A DNA stretch of 31,384 nucleotides. It comes from Psammoneis japonica (Eukaryota). The stretch is from positions 372,001-403,384 of the forward strand of contig QPGO01000073.1 of assembly GCA_008632985.1 (NCBI GenBank). Reading direction: 5' to 3'. Position 1 is the first letter of the stretch; each line of letters begins with the position of its first letter. The notes beneath the pieces were generated by a model that did not search any database, was not told where the DNA came from, and saw nothing but the letters and a program-made list of their open reading frames with translations. Of this stretch, positions 1 to 10,177 are shown piece after piece. Position numbers and translations under genes: made by a program.

Positions 1-1111
1 CTACTCCGCCACTCGGCAATTTGTTCCACTTCTTCCGTTAAACTCGATCCCCGCATGATTAACAAACTCGGTTCCAATCCTAACGAATCCGCCACGGTTC
101 CTAATAAAAAGTAATCACGCAAGGTTTGTACAAAAGAATCTCGCAAAACTTCATGTCCCTTGGATGCCAATTGTTCCTTGCGTTTCGAGGAAACAAAATA
201 TCTTCAAACATGTTGACTTGAACTAAAAAGGAATCACGCAATTCAGCATGTTGTCGTCCAGCCTTTTCATAAAACATGCCCGCGACAGCCTTTAATTCAC
301 AATGACGCAGCAAAGCACGAAACGAGGATGTGTTGTTGTAATTTTTGCGTCGTTTCGACATTTTCTTCATGTACCATGCCAACAAGGGTGTGCCACCACC
401 ATGATTGTGTGTCCGACAAAAGGCATCGTATCGTATAAGAATTTGTCGTACCGCCAATACATTCATGGCACAATACGCGTAGAGTTGTAAAATATCATGT
501 GCCAATTGTTTCGACAACGCACGGTATTCTTCGAGCTGTAATTGTTGATGAATCTCGTAAAGTTCCGGTAAATCTTCTTCTTGTTGGGATAAATGTTGCC
601 ATGCATTGTGATAGTACAGTGCACACTTGTCGAGTTGATGTGATAAAAACATAATCAACTCGTTGCGTTCCAATTGCGTCACGTGGGCCATGACGTGACG
701 TTTGTAAATGCGATTTTTTGTAGCATTGTGTTTTCCTCCAAAAAATGAAGAGGAAGAAGCGGCATCGGAATCGGTATCCGTTTCCATCAACAAATTGTAA
801 TGATTGTGTGGCATAGTACTGCTACCACTGCTACTACTCGGATTGCCCATGACGTCTTGTTGTTGCTGTTGCTGCTGCACTTTATCACTCGTTGGTGGAG
901 AAACTCGTACAGCAAACAATTCATCCCGATCAATATAGCCATCAATCGAATGACCTATAGCCCATCGAAGACGTCGTCGTCGAGTGGCAAACGATACAAG
1001 TGTCTTTTTAAAATGCCCATAATCGACATAGTACGAGCAATCGGGAGCACCACCACTCCCGCCCATGGCACGTTCCATGGTGCGTCGAAAGCCGTCATTG
1101 TTCATATTCAT
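1..1111 (-). CDS. SPX-domain protein, possibly SPX-MFS phosphate transporter type; 3'-partial, one apparent frameshift near 191-193
   Basis: SPX-like motifs (YYVDYGHFKK, FLSHQLDKCALYY, LYAYCAMNVLAVRQILIRYD). Adding one base in the A-run at 191-193 continues the frame as KEQLASKGHEVLRDSFVQTLRDYFLLGTVADSLGLEPSLLIMRGSSLTEEVEQIAEWRS off the window edge. The MFS part is not visible here. Confidence 0.62.
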
Positions 1112-1624
1112 GATTAAAGAAAAAAATGGAAGCGATTTAGAGAGACCCTAATTTGTAGCTGTAAGAAACATTCAACAGAGAGAGCAGCCAGCCAATGCTA
1201 TCTCGTCATGGCGATGATTGGATGAGGTGAGTGAGCAATGATTGTGTTCTTTGCTTGGGCGGCATCCGTTGAGGTGCGTCGCCAACACGGAATGAACAAA
1301 ATGAGAGCTGAAGGTGGATATTGAATTTGTTTTATAATTTTGATAGTAAAATCGTTTTTAATATTATTTTATTTATACATTAAATAACAGACCCAATATA
1401 AAAATAACGGTTACGTGTGCAACGGACAACAGATCTTTGTTTGTGTGGCAAAAAAGTATGTGTCATTTTCGTCTGTGTTGTAAAGGTTGCAGTACCAGGT
1501 AGCTTTCCGCGCGGCAGTTCGTCCTCTTGTGTGCTTTTGTTTCTGCCGCCGACACAATGACCGCGACGCACTACTGCGTTCTGCGTTCTCATTTCTCCTT
1601 CATACTAAACTAATACGAATAACA

Positions 1625-2504
1625 ATGGGTTGCTGTTGTAGTTGTTGTTGTGTCAAAGGTGCATCGGGTGCTTCTCTAGAAGCGGAAATGACAAGTACGT
1701 CATCCAATAATAAAAGGAACTAATTTGTCGATATCCAAAACCATGTCGGCACCCACGATACGATGGATTGCCGAAAACAAGGTGTGTTACTACTTTTGCT
1801 TTTAATGTATTCATACAATAGAACGAATCTTACAGTGCTGTCTTACAACTTGTTATTCTCTATTTTTTTTAACAGATTTCAGGAACAGGTTTGGCATTGG
1901 CAGGAGTAACGATTGAACAAGATGCCGCGTATTGGGAATGGCATTTAGAAACTTCAGAAGACGACGACGACGAGTCGTCATCGGCAACAGACGTTATGTT
2001 TGGTGTTGCAACACGAAAAGATTCCAAATTTTATCAAACCACCGAAGATGGTGAAGAAGGTGTGTGTGATGTGATTGTGATGTATAGAGAGAGTTTTGGA
2101 GTGTATCTATCGCAAGTTATATATGCGCTGGGGCGTATATGCAAAAGTTGAAGGGTCTATAGTAACTCACACGCCACTTTTGTTGTTTGTATTATTTCTG
2201 ATTATTCTATACAGATTCCTCCAACACCGCCAGTACGGCACTGATGCGAACCATTTCCGTCAACACAAGGATACCGTCGGAGTTGCCGTCCACAATCGGA
2301 TTTGCCAATGATTCAATTTCTCGTCAATGGAGAACCACTACACGATTTGGCCATTAATCGATTTCGAGGATCCGTTATCCATCCATTTATTTACAAGAAG
2401 AACAAGAAGTAACGGCGACGCTTGTATTGAATGAAGCCGATTTTAAAGAAATGTCGCCGCATGCAAGATTTGGGCCATTGATTGTAGCAAGGGGAATTAT
2501 ATAA
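1625..2504 (+). CDS. SPRYD7: SPRY domain-containing protein 7-like; 3 exons (1625-1781, 1876-2059, 2215-2504) with several 1-nt indels
   Basis: MGCCCSCCC N-terminus; ISGTGLALAGVTIEQDAAYWEWH; DTVGVAV..SDLPMIQFLVNGEPLHDLAINRFRG..YPSIY. GT-AG introns at 1782-1875 and 2060-2214. Frame repairs are needed near 1713, 2260, 2292 and 2375. Confidence 0.8.
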
Positions 2505-3375
2505 ATAAAACAAGGAAGACAATTGTGATTTTTGTGTACAGACAGCAATAGATTGTTGTTTTAGAATTGCGCCAGAGAGAGGAGAGAGAAACAATGGCAG
2601 GAGACATTTCTTTATGCTTTTCTCATTTTAAAGGCATTGACGACCCTTGAAACAAGGCCAGTTCTTCAGAGTGGAAGAGAACGGACTCAAGCGTTGGATT
2701 GATGGCACGGGGCTTGGTTGCTGGGTTCTTCTTTCTGGCCAGCAGCCATCTCTGTTTGCTGGAGCACAGAGTGCTGGCAGCCTGGATCTAGTGGACAGAA
2801 AACCTGCTGCAAAGGAGTGGCTGTGCCTGCATTGGCAGCAGCCGGCACTGCATCATCTTCCCACACAATGTGTGGGGGAGTGCCGCCAACTCAATTTCTG
2901 AGCTTTTGATGCTGGTGACTCTCCAGGGATGTGGTGTGGAGAGGCAAAAGCCAATGTGTTTTGGCCATTTGCAAAAAAGTGCACAAAGAGAGAAAAAGCC
3001 TCACTGGACTGTGATCTGGTGGGGCGGCATGTTGCTTTCAAGAAAAAAAGAATGACGCGGGTTTCTGCCGACCGAGCAAAATGTTGGCTCTCCAGAAAGA
3101 AGTGGGCTGCCATTCACAGGGACCCAAGTCCACTGTTGCAGAATGTTTGGTCATTTTGTGCACACATGGTGCTTGCATTCCATGCAGCTCTCATGGCAGC
3201 TTTGGTGGCTGGGAGCAAGGTGAGACGAGAAAGCAGGGTGCGTGACTGACGCCCTTGACACCAACTTTGATCAAATCTTCAGCGGCTTGATCCTCAAGCC
3301 CATGAGGTGGGGCATCTTCATGAAAAGCTCCCTGCATTGATGATGCAGAGTTGGCACATGGGGTGGTGCAGGCAA

Positions 3376-3851
3376 TGTTTGTTTGTTTGTTTGCCTGTCA
3401 GATTCTGAGGTGGACGTGTCTTTGGCCAAAAGGTGGCCCATGTTTGCTCTTGTGCAAACAGTGCACCTGCTGGCCCGTGACTGCAACAATGGAACAACAG
3501 AGTCAGTGCATTGGGCATTGCTTGTTTGTCTGTCAGGTGCATGGGTGGCACACATCTTGAGCCACAAGGCTGTGCATTCTTTGCTTTGTGTGCACAAACA
3601 ACACCAGCTGGCCCACACTCACAAAGGCACCACCGCCAGCACAGTTCCACCAAATGCCTCAATGGTTGTGTGAATGGCACAGAAATGGCACGTGGGTGTT
3701 GTTTGTTTGTCAAGCATGCAGAAGAGGAGTGAGGTGCATGTCTTGAGTTACAAGGGGGCTTTTCACTCTTGCTTTGTGTGTGCACACAAGCAACACCTGG
3801 CTGCTGTGCTCACAAAGGCTGGCTCAACTCTGCCAAGTGCCTCAACAGCTG
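3376..3851. repeat. Degenerate tandem repeat, about 3 units of 145-180 bp
   Basis: Recurring TTGTTTG(T/C)(C/T)TGTCA ... TCTT ... TTGCT(T/C)TGTG(TG)CA ... CACC.GCTG. Units 2 and 3 also share CTCACAAAGGC ... CCAA.TGCCTCAA. Units start near 3380, 3521 and 3698. Confidence 0.55.
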
Positions 3852-4034
3852 TTGCTTTGAGTGCTCATTGGCTGTCTTGCATCTTGGCTGCACAACCCAC
3901 CACCATTTGTGCTCCAGCAGTGGGAGAGAGTTCCCCAAGCTCTGCTTTGAGTTCATGTGAACTCTCTCTCCTGGGACTTGTTCCAGTCTCAGGTGCACAC
4001 ATGCACAAAAAAATGCCCTTTTCAACAGAGTCAA

Positions 4035-4499
4035 GGGTGGAAAATCCCTTGTTTTGGGGGGAATTTTAGCAATTTCACAGGCAAAATGGCTAAAACAAGA
4101 CAGTGATTTTTGCAAACGTGCACAATCAATGGAAAAACACACTCAAACGGCTTGAGTGTGAATGCCGAGCGAGCTCACTGTGCAAACAACAACACAACAC
4201 AATGGCCGAAATGCCATTTGTCAAACACAGTGGAGGTGGGGAGGCCTCCAACTTTCTTCACAAGTTTGTCACCCACATCAAACATGACACACTTGTGAAA
4301 AAAAGGTCAAGGCTGCCCCACTGAGTTTTCAAGAAATGACGGCATTTTTTGGCCATTGTTGTGTTGTTTGCACAGTGAGCACAGAATGGGTTGGCGTGTG
4401 TTTTTCCACAATTGAGTCACAAATGAAGAAGACACCACCAGTCATTTTTGGTGCTTTTTGCACCAAATGCATGAAAAAAAAGCAAGAGATTTCCCACCC
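4035..4499. mobile_element. MITE, decayed copy A (same family as 14340-14783)
   Basis: Termini GGGTGGAAAATCCCTTG ... CAAGAGATTTCCCACCC. Colinear over its whole length with copy B. Flanked on both sides by TCAA (4031-4034, 4500-4503), where copy B has TTAA. Confidence 0.88.
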
Positions 4500-5186
4500 T
4501 CAAAACCCAATGAATTTCAAATGTGTTGATGTGGGCGTGCATGCAGAAAGGTCTTGTTTGTGCAATCATGTGTGCAAAACTGAGGATGCACAAGATGACA
4601 TGGGAGCTCAGTTTTCCAATGAGCAGTTTGTGGTCCCAAGCACAAGTTGCTCTCAATGGAATGAATGAAAACACTTGTCATTGACAAATGAGTTTTAAAA
4701 GACATGAGAAGATGTGAAACTCAGCCCATGCAATGGAGCCAGCTTTGGACACTTTTTTGCCACTTTGATGACACAAATGACTGGGAGTGCTTGTGCCGGT
4801 TGATGGTTGATGACACGGAGGAAGCGCACATGGCAGTGTGAAAAAGAGCTTGCCCTCAGAGACCAACTGTGAGTGAAATGAGGCTCAATTGTTGATGCTG
4901 ACAGATGTGTTTTTTTCTGCTGTGCTGCAGATTGCAACAGGCATTTTTTGTCATTGCCATTGATGGCACAGACTGTGTGAAATGCCATGGTCCTTGTCAT
5001 GTCATTCAATTTTCCACAAAACTGAAAATGGCAGGCTGTCATGGTTGCTGAAAGCCATGGCCATTTTGGCTGTGTTGGTTGGCTTGAATTTCATCTTTGC
5101 AGCTGATGTTGAAGAAAACACAAAATGTTTGTTTTTTGTGAAAAAAAAAACTACGAGGTCCCACCTGCCAGGGCTGGAACTCATCA

Positions 5187-5700
5187 CAAAACTGGGTCCA
5201 TCCTGCCAGATTTTCTTTCCACTTTGTTCTCTCCACAGTTCTTCCAGCAGGTCTTGTAGACTGGGAAAGGTCTGCACTGCCTTGCACCATCTTTGACCTG
5301 CAAATCATCACTGAACACAGCCATGCAGTCTAAAACTTGTCCATCTCTTTCTCTCAAATGCTTCGCTCTTTCTTTGAAAAGTGCTGTGTTGACAGAATCT
5401 CTGTCTTCATTTCTGTGTGTTGTGTGCTTTGTGTCCTTGGGCAGCTGCTTTCATTTGTCATGTCCATGTCTGCAAGTGTGACTTTTCCATGATCCCAGAA
5501 GCGCTTCAGAAGCTTTCCCCATTTTGGGTCATCCTTGAATCTGTGCATGCCATGCAGCTCGTCCATGCAGCACTTCACCCAATCTTGGAATTCCACACGT
5601 CTCTTTGCACAAAGGACAGATGTTGCAACCCACTGGTGCTCTGGCTGCCTGGAATCACCTGCAGACACTGCGTTCATCCCTCTGCAAGGTTTTCCCAGGC
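5187..5700 (-). mobile_element. Decayed PIF1-family helicase fragment, probably from a Helitron
   Basis: GKPCRGMNAVSAGDSRQPE resembles PIF1 motif III (PFGG.N...GDF.QL). ELHGMHRFKDDPKWGKLLKRF..GKVT.AD resembles motif IV. After a frameshift it continues LPKDTKHTTHRNEDRDSVN...CWKNCGE...RMDPVL and then breaks off. Confidence 0.72.
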
Positions 5701-7707
5701 TGTGCTTTAATGTGGCTTTCTGGTGCAGGTTCAACACATCAAAGTGCATGGTTGTACATGCAATGCCATTCATTTTTATCTTGCAATGTGCAAGACTGCC
5801 TTGTGGCTTCTTCTGTCTCCCTCCGACACAGCTGAAAAAGCAACCACATGTCTTGACTGGTGTGAGCAGTGCAAGCTCCATTTCGGCCAGAGATGTGTGG
5901 GGCAAACAGCGCACCCACAGCGTGCGACAAGCACTTTGTCAAGAGAGCACAAAATGGGTCAGAGCACAACACAAAGGAGGCAAGGATGACATGCGTTCAT
6001 CTGCCAGCATTGGCCCTGCCGGGCACACAACCCTTGCCGGACCAAATGCAGCCTTTGCAATGGGACCACTCACCCCGGGTCCCACCGTTGGAACATTGGG
6101 CAGCCTGTCCCCTGCCGTCGATGTGGACTCCAGGGTTTTGAGGGGGTGGCAAACCTCTCTCCAACAAAAAAAAGGGAGGAGCTGGAGACAAAATCAAGAA
6201 GGCCCTGAGTGAGCACAGCTGCACGCACTGCAAGAAGCCTGGTGGTCTCCAGTTGTGTGGGTGACACTTTGGGCCAGCAGCGCACCTCTTTGGGTCGCAG
6301 TTTGGCTTCTCCATTGTGGAGCTCACCACAGAGGATGTGATGGGGGCAAGGGTGGGGGTGCAGTGCCCAAAGCCAACCTCAAAGACTTGGGTGGAACTAG
6401 CTCACTTGTTCAAGCTGAGGTCTGACTGTGGCACATTTTTTCCAAAGCTTCTGTCCATGCCAAAAAATTGCTGCATCAAGTGAAAATCAAACCAGGAGTT
6501 GGCAGTGCTCAAAGACTCAATTGAAAATGACTGCTGTGAGCTCCTAGAGAACCCGGCAGCTGTTTTCCAGCATGGTGAAAGCAACCCCCAAAGCAGCCAA
6601 GAGGTGGAGCAAGTCTCCAGTGAGTTGGCCCAAGCTGAGGTTGAAGTCTTGCTGCTGGTTGCACTTGAGCCAGAGAGCCCAATGCCAGCAGCAGCACCAC
6701 TGGTTAACTGCTCTAGCACAACAAGTGGCCCATGTTGCAAGCACTGTGAACAATGATGGAAAGGGGCCAACCAGAGACAGTGCAGCGCAGCTCCTTTTGG
6801 GTGCCCCAGACCAGCCAGTGAGTGTTTGTGGCACAGACAGGAGGAGTGCATGCCAGTCAAACAAAAGAGCATTGCTGTGAGTGTGCCAGAAGCTGCAGAA
6901 GGGTGCAGTTCTTGGGTGAGGCAGTGGCACAAAAACAAGCGCCGTGCAGAGAGGGCTGCAGAGCTCTGAAAGAAAAAGAAACAGCAGCAAGTCACACTCA
7001 GTTCTGTGCAAAAATCAGTGCCAAGCTCTGTGGCAAAAAACCAAAAAACATCAGGCCCACATTGCAAGAGCACCGAGAGAGCTCCTTTGTTGTTGCCACA
7101 AGGGCTGGGTGGCACACAAGCTTGAAGCAACACCACACTGGGGGGCCAGCGGCCACAAGCTGGCAAACAACAGCAAAAAAAAGAGTGGTGGAGTTGGGCA
7201 CAGTTGCCCATGGCTGAAGAAGACAGAGAAAAGTTGAGCTGTGTGCTGACTGTGAGCAGGGATGAGCGCCACACTGTTCACCACCCAAGCACAGCCACGT
7301 TCTTTTCTCTGCACTTTTCGACGTTGGCCTGAGGACTGGAGCATGCTGCCATTCTGCAACAGCCCTCAGCAGACCAACATCTCTTGAAAATCAAGTGTGG
7401 CAAATGGGTAACAGTCACTGTCACTGCCAGTTTGGGTTGATCCGGCTGGTGGTGGCATTGAAAAAGGTCAGCACAAAAAAGTCTAGAAAACGTCGCGTGC
7501 GGACAGACCACCACTGCGAAATGCTGAACGTGTGGTGACACCCAAGTTCTAGAGGGATGACAAGATCTACTGTGTTGTGAACTACACTACCCTGTGTTGC
7601 AACTATGAGCTTGGTTCTCAGTGTTGTAGTTTGTTACGCAATGATCACGAATGCACCTGTCAGATTTTGAGCGCATCTTTTGCCCAAAACAATTTTTGCG
7701 CACCGCG

Positions 7708-9792
7708 TTAAGCGCATTGCTTGTTTTGACCATTTCCTGTGAATCCATTGCAGCAATTGCTGCAATTTCCAGTGCATGTCACACCTGCACCATCACAAGG
7801 AGGTGGACTTGCCACTGGCGCTGGCGTTGAACCGGGTTGACCGTTGCACGACTTGTTGTTGCCGCTTCCAGAGTATCCATAGCAGCAATCGTTGCAGGCA
7901 CCACCCGAGCACGGACCTGGTCCGAGGCACGGTTCTGTTGGAGAAAACGATGGTGACACAGTCGGAAAAGGCGTCGAGCTCAACGTTGGTGATGCGGTCG
8001 GAGAAGGCGTCGGGCTCAACGTTGGTGAAGGCGACGGTTCCGGCGTTGGAGGCGACGCGCCTCCCAAAACATTGCAGGCTGCAGGATAATGCGCCTCCAG
8101 CATCTCAGGCAGGACCACTTCTCCAAAGGCCGTGAGTACATCTTCCTGCATGTCCCAAAAGTTGGCTCTCAGATATCGCGGGAATTCAATTTGAACACCA
8201 TCAATCGAACCTCCAGACTGACTTCCGTGAGTTTCAACGTTGTAGCCACCCTGAAAATACGATTCTCCTTCAGCTGGAGCGCTAACCATGGGTGATGGAA
8301 CGGACAAGTATCCAGACGCGTTTGCAGCAGTCGGCAGCTCAAACAGTGCCCCCATACTCCAGATGCCACGCACGATACTTGAAAAGGAAGCGTTATTGTG
8401 CGTGGGCATGTTCTTGATAGAGCTCGTATAAGCCAGGCCGTCCACAAAAGAGTCATCTTCGCGTAATTGACTAGAAGAGAGCTTGTATCCTAGTTCAATG
8501 CGCGCTTCGGGATGAATGTGTCCATGAAAGTCAACAAGCAGACCGGCACCGCATGGGTGGTTGTTTTCAATGTCTGCTCGTGCGGCGGTGGCAAAGATGT
8601 GGAAATCGTTGTATGTGTCAATAGCCGTTTGGTCAAACTGCGCCGCCTCGTCGATTTCGCGATTGGGATCGAGCTTGATTCGACCAAGACGATTGACGAC
8701 TAAATGGCATGTCTCTCCCGTATACGCTTCAAAGACGTCATTAGCTCTGCGAGCCATGTCTTGGGTGTTTTCGTCGTTTGCGGTAACGGCACGACAATTG
8801 GTCGAATCCTCTGGTGTACACGTTTTGCTCCAATCACAACTTGTACCATCCCAACATCCGTGGGTACGGTCGTCAATGTCGCCGGGATAAAGGTCGCCAT
8901 CGTGACCCGTGAGAATGATGCATGCCGCCGTTCCGGGAATGTATTCAGTGTACCCGTTGGCTCCGCGTTGACCTGTGCGAATCGTAAAGGGAGTTGATGG
9001 TGCTTGGTAGTCAGAAAGACGAATTGAAGAAGTTGACGTTGTCTTGAAGCGTTTGCGATTGACCATCCACTCCTTGAGGGTATCCAGTGTCGCAGACTGC
9101 ACAAGAAGCATATATTAGAAAAGAACGGAAAGATGGTGAGAGGAACAGTTTCCAAAAATAAGTTGTCCTTTGTATCTTGGTTTTTGACTTTTTTGCCTTA
9201 CCTTGGCATACCAGGGTCGGTACCAAAAGCTATCGGAGTGATCGAATGAAACCGCCGATACTCCATCCACGAGACCGGTGGGCACGGCGCTCTGATCCGA
9301 TCCCGATACGCTAGCGCAATCTTCCCAACCTCCCGTTGAGTCAAACGCAAAAATCAAGCTAGGGCTGGTCGTGTCTCCTTGATAGATAATGAGCTGGTCA
9401 CCATTTCCAGTGGTAAACGAGACAGTACCAGACAAAACCTCCCACTCCAACCCTTGTCCTTGGGGAGTGCTTTCGTCCTCAAATTCAAAAACGCTGCCAG
9501 CCGACACGGCCGTTTGAGCGGTGAATTTGATGACAGATTCACCGGATTGAAAGCCACTACAAGTCCACCCCTTGTCGGTAAAAAAGATTTCCGTTCCTGC
9601 TTCCAGTGACACCCAAGTCACAAATGCAAAAGCGTCGGGGTCATCCGAAGCAAAGGCAACAATCTGAATGTCGTTTGGAGAAAGGACTGTTGCAGCGTTG
9701 GTAAGGATCAGTTTGCTCGAGGAAAATAGTAACGCCGCCACCAGTGTCAGAGCGGCGTTGGACAAAAAAAGAAGCGGTGATGAGCTAACCAT
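7708..9792 (-). CDS. Secreted protein of about 659 aa: signal peptide, lamin-tail-like beta domain, N-formylglutamate amidohydrolase-like metallohydrolase, Pro/Ser/Thr linker and two Cys-rich repeats
   Basis: ATG at 9792 followed by a hydrophobic leader. A phase-0 intron at 9201-9097 (GTAAGG...CTAAT...TGCAG) joins the two listed ORFs. Motifs DIQIVAFASDDPDAFAFV..GTEIFFTDKGW, ILTGHDG, DENT, RIKLDPNR, LVDFHGH, GGYNV, QIEFP. Confidence 0.78.
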
Positions 9793-10177
9793 GGTCAAGA
9801 GTGAAGATGAAGAGGCAGGAGAGCGACGAGACAACAGACAAGCGAGTCAAAACAATGTTTCTTGAAGCCAATCTGAAATCCGTGTTGTGTTTTTTAGCAT
9901 AATACTTGTATAACTTCAAGTGACTCTCTTAAAAAGTAAGATAGTCGTACGACAGTTCGAGTCTTGGTTCAAGTTCAGTATTTATTGTCAATGACCTTCT
10001 CCAGGCACTCTCCACCGTGAGCCTCGCTGCGCGCTGTATGGTAGGGCCCGCTTACCGCTTATTTGCCAATCCGTTCTGCGGTGCCTATCATATGTGGATA
10101 TGGTAGAGGTAGTAGAGCAGGGAGCATTTTGACGTCGGGAAGTCTATTATTTGCATTACTATATTTTTCAAAACGTC

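Larger units (their letters stand above)
2647..7540. mobile_element. Block of nested, decayed transposon DNA with near-total TpA loss and strong CpG loss
   Basis: No TA between 2791 and 3748, and fewer than about 20 TA in 4.9 kb by hand count. TG/CA-rich. Contains a MITE and a Helitron-type helicase fragment. ORFs in all frames are Cys/His-rich and almost Tyr-free. Confidence 0.75.

Noticed and set aside
3376..3851. Repeat-spacer-like pattern considered as a CRISPR-like array
   Set aside because: Units are long and degenerate with similarity throughout, not identical short repeats with unique spacers. There are no cas genes and the context is eukaryotic.
6820..7260. Possible C-terminus of an RTE/LINE reverse transcriptase (AHIARAP…GGPAATSWQTT…AEEDREK)
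   Set aside because: The similarity is spread over several frames and no core RT motif is visible, so it is too weak to call.
2647..7541. Dozens of overlapping Cys/His-rich ORFs (e.g. 5535-6212, 6402-7274) that could be taken for metal-binding proteins
   Set aside because: They are explained by loss of TAA/TAG stops and the TG/CA excess in TA-depleted DNA. They occur in all six frames and have no recognisable domains.
7481..7553. CTAG motifs near the right edge of block 1 as a Helitron 3' end
   Set aside because: No convincing subterminal hairpin and no A|T insertion context.
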